From contig NC_087437.1 of the NCBI RefSeq assembly GCF_036321535.1, positions 50,656,001 to 50,720,000 on the forward strand: DNA of 64,000 nucleotides, written 5' to 3'. Both the position numbers and the translations under genes were made by a program. This DNA comes from Camelus dromedarius (Eukaryota). This document shows positions 1 to 10,905 of this stretch, piece after piece (the stretch's first letter is position 1; each line of letters begins with the position of its first letter). A model generated the notes under the pieces. That model had not been told where the DNA came from, did no database searches, and saw only the letters and a program-made list of their open reading frames with translations.

Positions 1-609
1 GTGTAGGAAGAACTGGGGTAACAATGCCGTGTGTGTCAGAGCTGTGTAAAGTGCTCGACAGGCGTAAGGTCCTGGTGGTCCTGGTTTGGCAACCTTTGAA
101 ACCTCTCTCCCCTGTTGCCTGATGCCCCCGAGTCTGCGTTCTGCCCTGGAGTCTCATCAGCCAAGGGCCCCACTCCTGCTTACTCACCCATGGGGCTCTG
201 AGGCCCCTCTGAATTCCGAGAGCCTTGCTGTTGGCATCACTCACCATGACATTTCATCAGACACTGCTTGTGAGACAGGCTCAGGAGACTTGGCTCTGCT
301 GCTGAAAAGTTGTGTAAAATTTACCTTCTGCTTGCCTGTCTGTAGAAGGCAGAAGCTGGGACCACACCCTGGGCCTATCTTCCAGTTCAATATGGTTTTA
401 GTTTTTTAATCTAAATTATATGCTAGGGTCTGGTTCTGCTTATCTGTATTTTACATTCCTGTCAAAACCTAGCACGCATAGTGCTAGGACTTGAGGAACT
501 CTTGAGAAATGTGTTTCTGAATTATTAACTGAATAAATACTATGACCTCATAAAGTGTTTTTCTGTGGCGCAGGGAAGGGCAAGGTGATCTAGTTAAAAT
601 CTAGACGGT

Positions 610-2200
610 AGACTAAGCTCAATATTGTTAAGGTGTCAGTTCTCACCAAATTAATGTATAGATTTTACACAATTCCAAACGAAATCCCAGCAAGCTCTCT
701 TACAGAAATAGACAAGCTGATTCTAAAATACATACAGAACTGTAAAGGATTTTATAACTTTAAAAAGGAAGAACAATGTTGAAGGACTCAATCTGATTTA
801 AAAACATTATAAAGCTACAGTAATCAAGATAGTGAGGTACTGATGTCAAGACAGAGAAACAGATCAATTGAACACAATAGAACATCCAGGAATAGATGCA
901 CTGATGTAAATAGTCAACTGGAGGAAGAAGAGTCTTTTCAACAAATGGTGGTACAACAACCATTAATGTGCACAAAACTGAACTCTGATCGACACTTCAT
1001 ACCGTATACCATGAAAAAAACCCCTCAGAATGGATCAGAGACCTAAATGTGAAACTTAAACTATAAAACATCTAGGAGAAAACATAGGAGAAAATCTTTG
1101 TGACCTTTTGACAAATATTTCTTAGGTATAACACCAACAGTATGATCCATAATTTTAAAAAAGTTGGATTTCATAAAAATTAAAATCTTCTGCTCATCAG
1201 AAGATACTCTTAGGAGAATGAAAAACTAAGCCACATACTGAAAGAAAATATTTGCAAAGCATATGTCTAATAAAGGACTTTTATCTGAAATATATTAAAG
1301 AAACTCTCAAAACTAAATAATAAGGAAACAATGAACAAAAGATTTGAACAGACCCTTCACCAAAGAAGATATGTGGATGGCAAAGAAGCACACAAACAGA
1401 TGCTCAAGCATTAGTCACTAGGGAAAAGCAAATTAAAACCTCAGTAACATGCCACTATGCACCTATTAGAAAGATTAAAGTTAAAAAGACTGACAATACC
1501 ACGTGTTGGTGAGGATGCGGAGCAAGTGGAGCTTTCATACACTGCTGTGGGAGTATAAGATGGTATAACCACATTGGAAATAGCTTTTAATTTCATTAGA
1601 AGTTAAGCATGCACCTGTTATATGGCCTAATCATTACACTTTTAGGTATTTACTCAAGAGAAATGAAAACGTATGTCCACAAAAAGGTTTGTACTCAAAT
1701 GTTCATAGCAGCATTATTCAGAATAGCCCCTCAAAAGTGGAAACAAACCAAATGTATATTAACAGGTAAATGGATAAGTAAACTGAGGGTATATCCAAAC
1801 AATGGAATGCCACACAGCAACTAAAAGGAATGTATTATTGCTGCACAAAGCAACATGAATGATTAAATCTGAAAAAAATGATGCTATGGTAGAGAAACCA
1901 GACCAGTAAAAGCACATGCTATATGATTTCTTTATGGAATTCTAAAAAAAATCAAATTAATCTATTATGACAGAAAAATCAGTGATCATCTGGAGAGTAG
2001 TGGGGAGTGAGGATGGGGCAAGAGATAGGTAATAAAAAGGGACATGAGGAAAATTTTGAGGGTGAAGAAGTGTTCATTATCTTGATTGTGGTGATGCTTT
2101 CACAGGTGTGTAAATATGTCAAAACTCAACAAATTGTAAACTTTAAATATATATAATTTATTATGTCAATTATAACTCAATAAAGCTGTGTTTTTTTCAA
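610..2200 (+). mobile_element. Old LINE-1 (L1M-type) ORF2 3' portion and 3' UTR
   Basis: Decayed ORF2 C-terminal peptides (HKKVCTQMFIAALF) and terminal ...gtcaattataactcaataaagctg. Confidence 0.85.
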
Positions 2201-2227
2201 TAAGGCTATTTTTAAAATAGTAGTTTA

Positions 2228-2395
2228 AGTCCAGAAACTTTAATAAGCTAAAATGCATATTTCCAGGCATTAGCTGTAGCTATCCTAATTCTACAGTTCT
2301 AGGGTAGGACCCAGAAATTTGCATTTGTAATAAGCTCTTCAAGTAATTCCAATACAGGTTGTCCCTGAACCACCATTTATGAAACTCTGGTCTAG
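2228..2395. mobile_element. MER5-like hAT-Charlie DNA transposon relic
   Basis: tagggtaggacccagaaatttgcatttgtaataagctc...tgaaactctgg. Confidence 0.55.
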
Positions 2396-4174
2396 GGAGT
2401 AAGGATTTCTAGAACAATCTTGTGATTAGAATGTTTGTTTCTTGGGACAAGTAACTTTTTCTACTAGGGTTGTTATATCTTTCTGTACTATGCTCCCAGA
2501 GCACTCATAGTTAATTACTGTAACATAATTTTAGCATACTATTAATAGTTCAAAAGCGAAACTAAATCAGTTTTTCCCCATCTTACCTTTACAGAAGTTA
2601 AAAATCAATTATATGATCTTGTTTCTATTTCCTGGCAGAGGCCTAGAGTTTAAATTAAGAACTTATGATACTTGGTTGTAACCAAAAGCTGATGTAGTGG
2701 TTTTCCAATCACGCCTCTTAGTTTAACTTTTTCCACATCTTATGATGCACACCCACCCTCACATCCTCCTGATCAGTTAGTGATCAGAGAAGATACAGAA
2801 AAAGTGTGAAATGGTTGCATTCCTGCTAAGACTCTGAAGACAAAGTTATCTTTTCATATTTATATAATTTTTCTTACTAAACAATATAAACTATGGCTAG
2901 TATAAATCATAGGAGATAGATTTTCCACATGCGACTAGCATTTCTTAACACCAGCAACACTACCTGAAGGAAATATTAGAACTCAGATGATTAAGAATGT
3001 AGATTTTCCTATCTAATATCAATTGAAAAGACAAACGTGAAAGGGTAGAGCCTACTCAAAGATGATTTCTAATTTTTAAAAGAAATACATTGAGTGACAT
3101 CTGTGAAAATGGTGCAGGGAAAAAAAAAAAACCCAAAAATTCTCTCCATGAAAGAATGGAAAAAACTGGCAAAAATAGTCAGATACAATATTTTCAAAAC
3201 ACCAGAAATTAAACAGTGGCTTACAGCAATCAGGAGAACATTAATTCAAGAAGACTGGATGAATCTCAGTATGACCAGTGAGCTTTGAGGTGTTTAGTTT
3301 CCCTTCTTACCTTTTCTTCTTGGCGGTAGCCTTAGAAACCAAAGCCTGAGATTCTGGTGAAAATTAGTAAATTGGCAGCTGTAGGAGGGGGCAGAACAGG
3401 GTTGGAGATCCTTCAAAGTCTCATTTCCAGAAAACTATCATTTGACTTATCTGGGGTTTCCTTGGAATACTCTACTTGCAAGACGGTCTTTATTAAGCAT
3501 TAACAAACAGCTTGCTCAATGTGAAAAGTCTTTTTCCCAGGAGCAATTGTAGAAAATGTCTAGAGACAATTGTCTAACTTCTTGGCTGCCTGAGGCATTG
3601 GATAACAGCTGGCCCAAGAATAAGCTAATCAAAAAGTTTAAAAGGAAATACTTGAGAATAAGATATCCATAGTGGCTTTGAACTCCAAAATATTCCTGAG
3701 AATCTAGGAGGCCATTGTGCACATGCCCAGAGCTGTGTGCATGCTCAGGAAAGATAAGAGAAGGCCTTATGTTCTCACCTCCACTGATCTTGAGGCTTTG
3801 CACAAACAAGAAATGAAGGCTAAGGTGGAACTGTCATTGTCTGGATAAGTATGGAAGGTATACCCCAATATCCATACAGAGACTCTTAACAAAGACTGGA
3901 ATATTTATTGGTTTCAGATGTTTAAGGAAATCTCTGCCCAGTCATGAACTGAGTAGAGACTTCAGCGGCCTCACACGACAATGAACATAGATTTTATAGG
4001 ATTAATTCAGAAAAGTCACTAAAACAAACAAGCAAACCAAAACAACAAACAGTAACAACAACAAATACTGGAGATAGAGGAAAATCTGATTTCTGGAGTT
4101 GCCACATTATGTTATTTTAAATGTCCAGTTTTCAAAAAAAAGTAATAAGACATGCAGAGAAATAAGAAGTATGG

Positions 4175-4179
4175 TGCGT

Positions 4180-4211
<32 letters not shown>
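4175..4211. repeat. (CG/CA)n microsatellite
   Basis: Direct observation. Confidence 0.9.
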
Positions 4212-4216
<5 letters not shown>

Positions 4217-4813
4217 CAGTCAATAGAAACTGTCCCTGAGGAAGCCAAGACATTGCACTTCCTAGGCCAAGACTTTAAATCATCTATTTAAAAAATGTTT
4301 AGAATGAAAGGAAACTATATATTAGGAACTAAAGGAAAGTATGAAAAAAAAACTTTCATCAAAGAGAATATAAATAGAAATTATATTTTAAAAGGGCCAA
4401 ATAGTTATTTTGAGTTGAAAAGTGTAAGAATTGAACTGAAAAATTCACTAGAGTGGCTCAATATCAGATTTCAACAGGCAGAAGAAAGAATCAGAGAACT
4501 TAGATATGGGTCAATTGAAACTATCCAGCTTAAGGAATAGAAAGAAAAAGAATGGGGAAAAAAAAAAAAAAAGAACAGAGCCTTAGAGACTTGTGGGATA
4601 CCACCAAGCATATCAACATACACATGACGGGAGTCCAGAGGAGAGAAACAAAGAGGTTAAAGGAATACTTAAAGAAATAATGGAAGAGACTTCAAAAGTT
4701 GATGAAAAACACTAATCTACACATCCAAGATGATCTACAAACTCCAAGAAATAAAAACTCGAAGAGATCCACACCTACACATAAAATAATCAAACTGTCA
4801 AAATACAAAGAGA

Positions 4814-6947
4814 CATAGCCAAGATGGCAGAGTAGGAAAACCCTGATTTCACCTCCTTTCATAGGTACACCATAATTACACCTATTTTACAGAGCAATTA
4901 TTGATTAGAATGACCTGAAGATTAGCAGAAAAGATTTGCCACATCTAAATATATAAAGAAGGAACCACAATGAGAAGGGTAGGAGGGGCAGAGAAGCAGA
5001 ATAGTCAAAATCCGTACCCTTGGGGTAGGCAACCCACAAATGGGAGGATAATCACATTACAGACGTTCTCCTCAAGGAGAAAGGGGTACAAGTCTCATAT
5101 TGGGCTCCCCAGCTTAGGGGTCCTGCACCAGGAAGATGAGCCCCTAGAACATTTGGCTTTGAAGGTCAGTGGGGATTACTTTGGGGAGAGTCAGATGGCT
5201 CTAGGAAATGGAGATTCCACTCTTAAAGGGCATGCACAAAATATCACATGCTCCAAGACCCAGGGCAGAAGCAGTTATTTGAAAGAAGCCTGGGTCAGAC
5301 CCACTTGCTAATCTTGGAGAGCCTCCCAAAGAGGCAGGAGGCAACTGGGACTCCCTCTGGGGATACAGATACTGGCAGCAACCATATTTGAGAGCTCATT
5401 GCAAGTACCACTTTGGAATCCTCCCCCTAGATTCTTAGTATTGGGACACAGCCCCACCCACCAGCAGGCCTGCTGCCCTAGGACCCCCTGAGCCCCCCAG
5501 GGACTTAGCCCTACCTACCAGAGGGACCAGGACCCAGTCCCGCCTATGAGCCATGCAGCCAGCTGCATCAGGACCTAAAAGCTCCACTTACTAGCAAGCT
5601 GGCTGCCTCCTCCACAAGGCAGAGCCTGGAAGTCAACTGGAATCAGGGCCAGCCCTGCCTGCAAATGCACTTACAGTAGTCAGCCCCACCACAACAGAAG
5701 GGTCCACACAGCCCATACAGGAGGCAGCCCTAGAGCATATCACTCTGGTGACCAAAGAGGAGTGTGCTGTTGGGCCTCATAGAACATCTCCTACATAAGG
5801 CCACTTCTCCAACATTGGGAAATGAAATTGACCTACCTAGAATACATAGAAATGAAAACAGAGAATTAGGCAAAATGAGGACAGAGGAAGATACTCTAAA
5901 TGAAGGAATACGATAAAACCCCAGAACTAAGCAAAGTGAAGATAAGCAATCTAGTTAGTAAAGAGTTGAAGGTAGTGATCATAAAGATACAGGGAGAAAT
6001 TTAAAAGGAGTTAGAAAATATAAAGAAAAACCAAGCAGAGCTGAAGAATACAATAACAGAAATAAAAAATACTCTAGAAGGAATAGACAGTAGATGAGAT
6101 GAACACGTGTAGTTTACTGTACAGGAATCATACCACAACAAAGGTGTTAAAAAAAAAAACCCCAGTAGATTAGATGATACAGATGAGTGGATCAGCAAAC
6201 TGCAAGACAGAATAGTGGAATCAACCAAGCCGACCAGAAAAAAGAAAAAAAGAATTCTGGAGTTTCCTCAAAAAATTAAAAATAGAACTACCATACAATT
6301 CAGCAATTCCACACTTGGGTATTTATCTGAAGAAAACAAAAACACTAAATCAAAAAGATGGCTGCACCACAATGTTCACTGCAGGATTATTTACAACAGC
6401 CAAGATATGGAAGGAACCTAAGTGTCAATTGATAGATGAATGGATAAAGATGTGGTTTATATATACAACAGAATATTATTCAGCCATAAAAAGGATGAAA
6501 TCTTGCCATTTATGACAACATGGGTGGACATAGAGGGTTTTATGGTAAGTAAAATAAATCAGACAGATACAAAAATACTGTATAATATCACTTATATGTG
6601 GAATCTAAAAAATAAGTAAATGAACAAACATAACAAAACAGAAACAGAGTTATACATACAGAGAAAAAACAGGTGATTGCCAGAGGAGACGTGGGCAGGG
6701 GTAGGAAAGATAGGTGAAGGATATTAAGAGGTACAAATTTCCAGTTACAAAATAAATTAGTCATAGGGATGAGATGTGCAGCATGGGAAATATAGTCAAT
6801 ACTTTGCAATAACTTTGTATGGTGACAGATGGTTATTAGGATTATCATGGTGATAATTTTGTAATGTATAGAAATATCAAACCACTATGTTGTGCACCTG
6901 GAACTAACATAGTGTTGTAGGTCAATTACCCTTCAATTAAAAAACCA
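4814..6947 (+). mobile_element. Internally deleted LINE-1 (5' UTR and ORF1 N-terminus fused to ORF2 end and 3' UTR), nested in the older L1
   Basis: Starts ccaagatggcagagtagg (L1 5' end), has a junction at ~6257 and ends in an A-rich tail. TSD aaaatacaaagaga (4800-4813) / aaaaaacaaagaga (6948-6961). Confidence 0.8.
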
Positions 6948-7152
6948 AAAAAACAAAGAGAAAATCTGGAAAGCAGCAAGAGAAAAGCAATTTGTCACAT
7001 ACAACAAATCCTTAAAATAAGATACATACTTGATTTCTTGTTAGAAACTATGGAGGCCACAAAATAATCAGATGATACATTCAAAATGCTTGAAGAGAAA
7101 GACTCTCAACTGAGAATTCTACATCATGGCCAATTGATTTTTATTAGGGTAC

Positions 7153-7533
7153 TGTCTTAGCCAGTTTAGGCTGCTATGATAAAGTATCACAGACTGGGTA
7201 GCTTATAAACAACAGAAACTTATTTCTCATAGTTCTGGAGTTTAGAAGTCTGAGATGAGGGTGCCAGCAAGGTAGAGTTCTGGTAAGAGCCCTCCTCTGG
7301 GCTGCAGGTTGTTGACTTCTCATTGTGTCCTCACATACCAGAGAGCAGAGAGAGGAAGCAAGCTGTGTGGCATTTACAAGGGCACTAATCCCATTAATGA
7401 GGGCTCCACCCTCATGACCTCATCTACTCCTCACTAGCTCCCAAAGGTTTCACTTCCTAATTCCATTACATTGGAGGGGTGCATAGAGTTTCAACATACC
7501 AATTTTGGAAGAAAACAAACATTGTTATGTCAC
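7153..7533. mobile_element. MaLR solo LTR (MLT1/MST-like)
   Basis: tgtcttagcc...ggctgctatgataaagtatcacagactgggtagcttataaacaacagaaacttatttctcatagttctggag signature. Confidence 0.85.
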
Positions 7534-9170
7534 TTGTGCCAAGACCATTCAGTAGGGGAAAGAATAGTCTTTACAACAAATGTTTCAAGGACAACAGGAT
7601 AGCCACATGTTAAAGAGTGAATTTACCTCTAATCCATACCATGTACAAAAATTAACTCAGAATGTATCAAAGGCCTAAATGTAAAGGTTAAAACTAAATT
7701 CTTAGAAGAAAGCACACGTGTAAATTTTTTGAGCTTGGATTAGGCAATGGTTTCTTAGATATGATGCCAAAACACAAACAACAAAGAAAAAATAGATAAA
7801 ATCATAAATATTAAAAACTTCTATGCTTCAAAAGATATATCATCAAGAAAGTGAAAAAAGACAACCCACAGAACGGGAAAAATATTTGCAAATCATACAT
7901 CTGATAAGAGTCTAGTATCTAGAATGTATAAATAATTTTTATAACTCAACCAGAAAAAGAAAAATAACCTAATTAAAAATGGGCAAGGAGTTAGACATCT
8001 CTTCAGAGAAAATATACAAATGGCCAATAAACACATGAAAAGATGTTCAAAATCAATAGCATTTTGGAAATGCAAATCAAAACCACAATGAGCTACCACT
8101 TCACAAACACTAAGATAGCTATAATAATGATTTAAAAAAAAGGATAATAACAAGCGTCAGTGAGGAAGAGAAGAAAATGGAACTATTAACAACTTGTTGC
8201 TGATGCAAACAAGAAATGGTGCTATGGCTTTGGAGATTCCTCAGAAAGTTAATATAGAATATAAAGTTACCATATGGCTCAGTAATCCTATCTATCTATC
8301 TATCTATCCATCTATCTACCGTTTATGCCAGAGAATTGGAAACACAGGTTCACAGAAAAACTTGTACACCAGTTTCCACAGCAGCATTATTCACAATATC
8401 TCCAAAGTGGAAACAACCCAACTGTGTATCAGCTGAAGAATGGATAAACGAATGTGGTATATCCATACAATGCACTATTATTCAGCCATGGAAAGGAATG
8501 AACTACTGATACATGCTACAACACAGATGAACACTGAAAAAAAAATCATGCTGAGTGAAAGACAACTAGACAGAAAGTCTCACATTTTATATGATTCCAT
8601 TTATACAAAATGTCCAAAATAAGAAAATCCATAGAGACAGAAAGCAGTTTGGCAGGGGCTGGAGTCAGGGGAGAAGATGGGGAATGATTGCTGACGGGCA
8701 CAGGGGTTTTGTGGGGGTGGGTAATGAGTATGTTCTGGAATTAGACAGTGGTGATGGTTGCACATCCTTGTGAACTAGACTAAAACCCAAAGAACTGTAC
8801 ACTTTAAGAGTGAATTTTATGGTATATTAATTGTGCCTCAAGCTTAAAAAAGTAGTGCAGCTTCTAAAAGTTACATCAGTCATTTAAATCTCTATTAACA
8901 GCCTATTTTCTTGGGTGGCTTTGGGATTTTAGATTGAGAAAGTTGATCTTAGCAATTAGGTGTGTGGAGGGGGAAACAACTAAAAGGGACACACATACAC
9001 ACAACCACAAAAACCCCCACACAATCTAAAGCAAGCACAGGTGCTTCCAGGTACTATGAACATGTGCCCACAGTTATTTTCCAGGCAAATCATTTTCTTT
9101 AACAATATTCCCACTACAAAGCTGGAATCAGTATAACTCTCCAGACTAAAGTTAGCAGGGGTAACCCTAC

Positions 9171-9249
9171 CTTTAATATTGTTTTGTTGTTCCATCAATA
9201 ATTTACTTATTTCTGAAAACCAACAATCTCTGATTTCTTTTGAAGCTGC
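9171..9249 (-). CDS. MCF2L2: MCF2L2 coding exon, PH C-terminal helix (AASKEIRDCWFSEISKLLMEQQNNIK)
   Basis: ttgcag|GCA...AAA G|gtaggg; 79 nt; contains the conserved PH Trp. Downstream exons were not found in the window. Confidence 0.93.
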
Positions 9250-9421
9250 CTGCAATTACAGATAAGAGAATACTGTGAGTATCAGATCACCTGGAATATT
9301 AATTGGAAAGGACTTTCATTCTCTGAGCGCCTTTTGGAATGAGTTAGGAAACACTTGTCGAGTCATGGAACATGACAGGGAAAGAGTAGAAGACACCTAT
9401 GGGGGAAGGCATGAATTTTAC

Positions 9422-9514
9422 CTGCAAGATGTATTTCTCAAGTCCATTTTGGTGGGCGATTTCAAACTTTCTGTTGCTCCTCCTTCCAAGTTGGCGAATT
9501 GAAAGTGTCATCAA
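9422..9514 (-). CDS. MCF2L2: MCF2L2 coding exon, PH domain (LMTLSIRQLGRRSNRKFEIAHQNGLEKYILQ)
   Basis: caatag|TTG...CAG|gtaaaa; 93 nt. Confidence 0.93.
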
Positions 9515-9557
9515 CTATTGTAAAGAAAGAAGAAAAAATTTTATATCATCCTCTTTT

Positions 9558-9831
9558 TTTTTAAGTGAAAGCAAGTTTATTTAGAGAGATACATACTCTA
9601 CAGACAGATTGGGGTCCGTCTCACTCAGAAGGGAAAGGGGCTTAGGAGATACATATCCCATAGGCAGAATGTGGGCCATCTCAAAAGGCAAGCGGGAAAG
9701 AAGCCAAGAGGTGTGGGGTGTTAATTTAAAGTAAAAGTAGATACACACTCCACAGACAGAGTGCGAGCCATCTCAGAAGGCAAGAGAGAGAGAAAGAGAG
9801 AAAGAGAGAGAGAGAGAGAAAGAGCGCGACA
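9558..9831 (-). mobile_element. Retroposed ERV-LTR R-like fragment with poly(A) and TSDs
   Basis: Minus strand ends AATAAACTTGCTTTCACTT followed by an A tail. TSD atatcatcctctttt (9543-9557) / atatgatcctctttt (9832-9846). Confidence 0.75.
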
Positions 9832-10195
9832 ATATGATCCTCTTTTGATTTTAAAATCCTCCACATCAGCCACTCTAACCCTTTCTACCCTTGGTAGCCC
9901 TCTTCTTCCATCTTCCTTCCAAGTGTTGCGCTATCCTCTGTTAATGGCCTTAAGGAGCATAAAGCAATCTGGTACAATGTTATCTGTCTTCTCTTGTTCA
10001 AAGGACAACACAGACTGTATCTTTCCACATACAGAGCTGCAACCTTCAACCTTTAAGCAAAAGATCACCACTCCTTTAATATCTGAGTATTTCACAAATC
10101 TCTACATAATAGTAACTGAATTAGTATCCATTAAGAAACAGAAATAAGCAAAATTACTATGAATGAATTAACACTTCTAATCAGAAGAGCACAAA

Positions 10196-10217
10196 TGTGT
10201 GTGTGTGTGTGTGTGTG
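10196..10217. repeat. (TG)n microsatellite
   Basis: Direct observation. Confidence 0.9.
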
Positions 10218-10242
10218 ATAGCTAGCTATGAAATATTTCCTA

Positions 10243-10505
10243 TACAGGCCCGTGATACTGCTTGGTGTGGACATGGGTTCCTAGACCCCCAGGGTCAGGA
10301 TGCTGTCTACACTTGTATGCAAAGGGTGCGTGCTTGAGAAGGGCAAGTCAAAGAGGAAATTCAGCCCATGCTCTAATCACCAAGTCCTTCCCTCTTCTGC
10401 CTGGAGGAAAGAGGGTGCTTTTTAATTACTTTGTCCAGACAGGCTGCCCTAGGGACCCTTTTCTCTACCCAGCACAAAGGCACCTGTGTGCCAGCTCTGG
10501 CCCTG
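10243..10505. mobile_element. MER91-like hAT-Tip100 DNA transposon relic
   Basis: gaaattcagcccatgctc...caccaagtcc...ggaggaaagagggtgcttttt...gcacaaaggcacc...ggccctg, with CAGG..CCCTG ends; subfamily from recall. Confidence 0.45.
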
Positions 10506-10524
10506 GCTGGCGACTGATTACAAG

Positions 10525-10660
10525 CCCCGACTCTGGAGTCAGACAGTCCTGAGCGTGGATTCTCACTCTGTTGTGTGACATTTGGCAAGTTAACCTCACC
10601 TCTCTAAGCTTCAGTTCCCTATCTGTATAATAAGGTCATTTGTCTCCATAGGGTTGTGCT
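10525..10660. mobile_element. MIR SINE
   Basis: tgtgtgacatttggcaagttaacctcacctctctaagcttcagttccctatctgtataat core. Confidence 0.75.
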
Positions 10661-10689
10661 GACTCCTGGGTGCAGAAGGACCCCTTTAC

Positions 10690-10905
10690 CTTGATAGACT
10701 TCTTAAAGCTGTAGTGAGGAGATAGACCCTGGTCACTGGGCTCCATTCGTATCTTACAGAACACTATGCCCCTTTCAAACAAATAGATTTGCCTCTGGCT
10801 GGGCTTAAATCGAATTAAGTCTTTCATCTTGTAACGATCCTTCTGAATGGTCCAGACGTTGAAAGAGCCATGCATCAACAGCTTCCCCAATTTTCCAATA
10901 TCGTC
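10690..10905 (-). CDS. MCF2L2: MCF2L2 coding exon, PH domain (DDIGKLGKLLMHGSFNVWT...YSFKKSIK)
   Basis: ccaaag|GAC...AAG|gtaaag; 216 nt; Dbl-family PH motifs LGKLL and RQIYLFERGIVFCK. Confidence 0.95.

Larger units (their letters stand above)
3095..8850 (+). mobile_element. Old LINE-1 (5' UTR, ORF1 and ORF2 end), interrupted by nested insertions
   Basis: L1M-type 5' end at ~3095. ORF1 coiled-coil remnants at 4295-4813 resume at 6948 (KEKIWKAAREK). ORF2 end and 3' UTR at ~7540-8850. Confidence 0.75.

Noticed and set aside
1..9170. Next downstream MCF2L2 exon
   Set aside because: No matching exon was found; the region is mostly L1 and the exon probably lies beyond the left edge of the window.
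9587..9785. Three spaced ~45-bp repeats resembling a CRISPR-like array
   Set aside because: The units are degenerate with irregular spacing inside an LTR-derived insert in mammalian DNA, and there are no cas genes.
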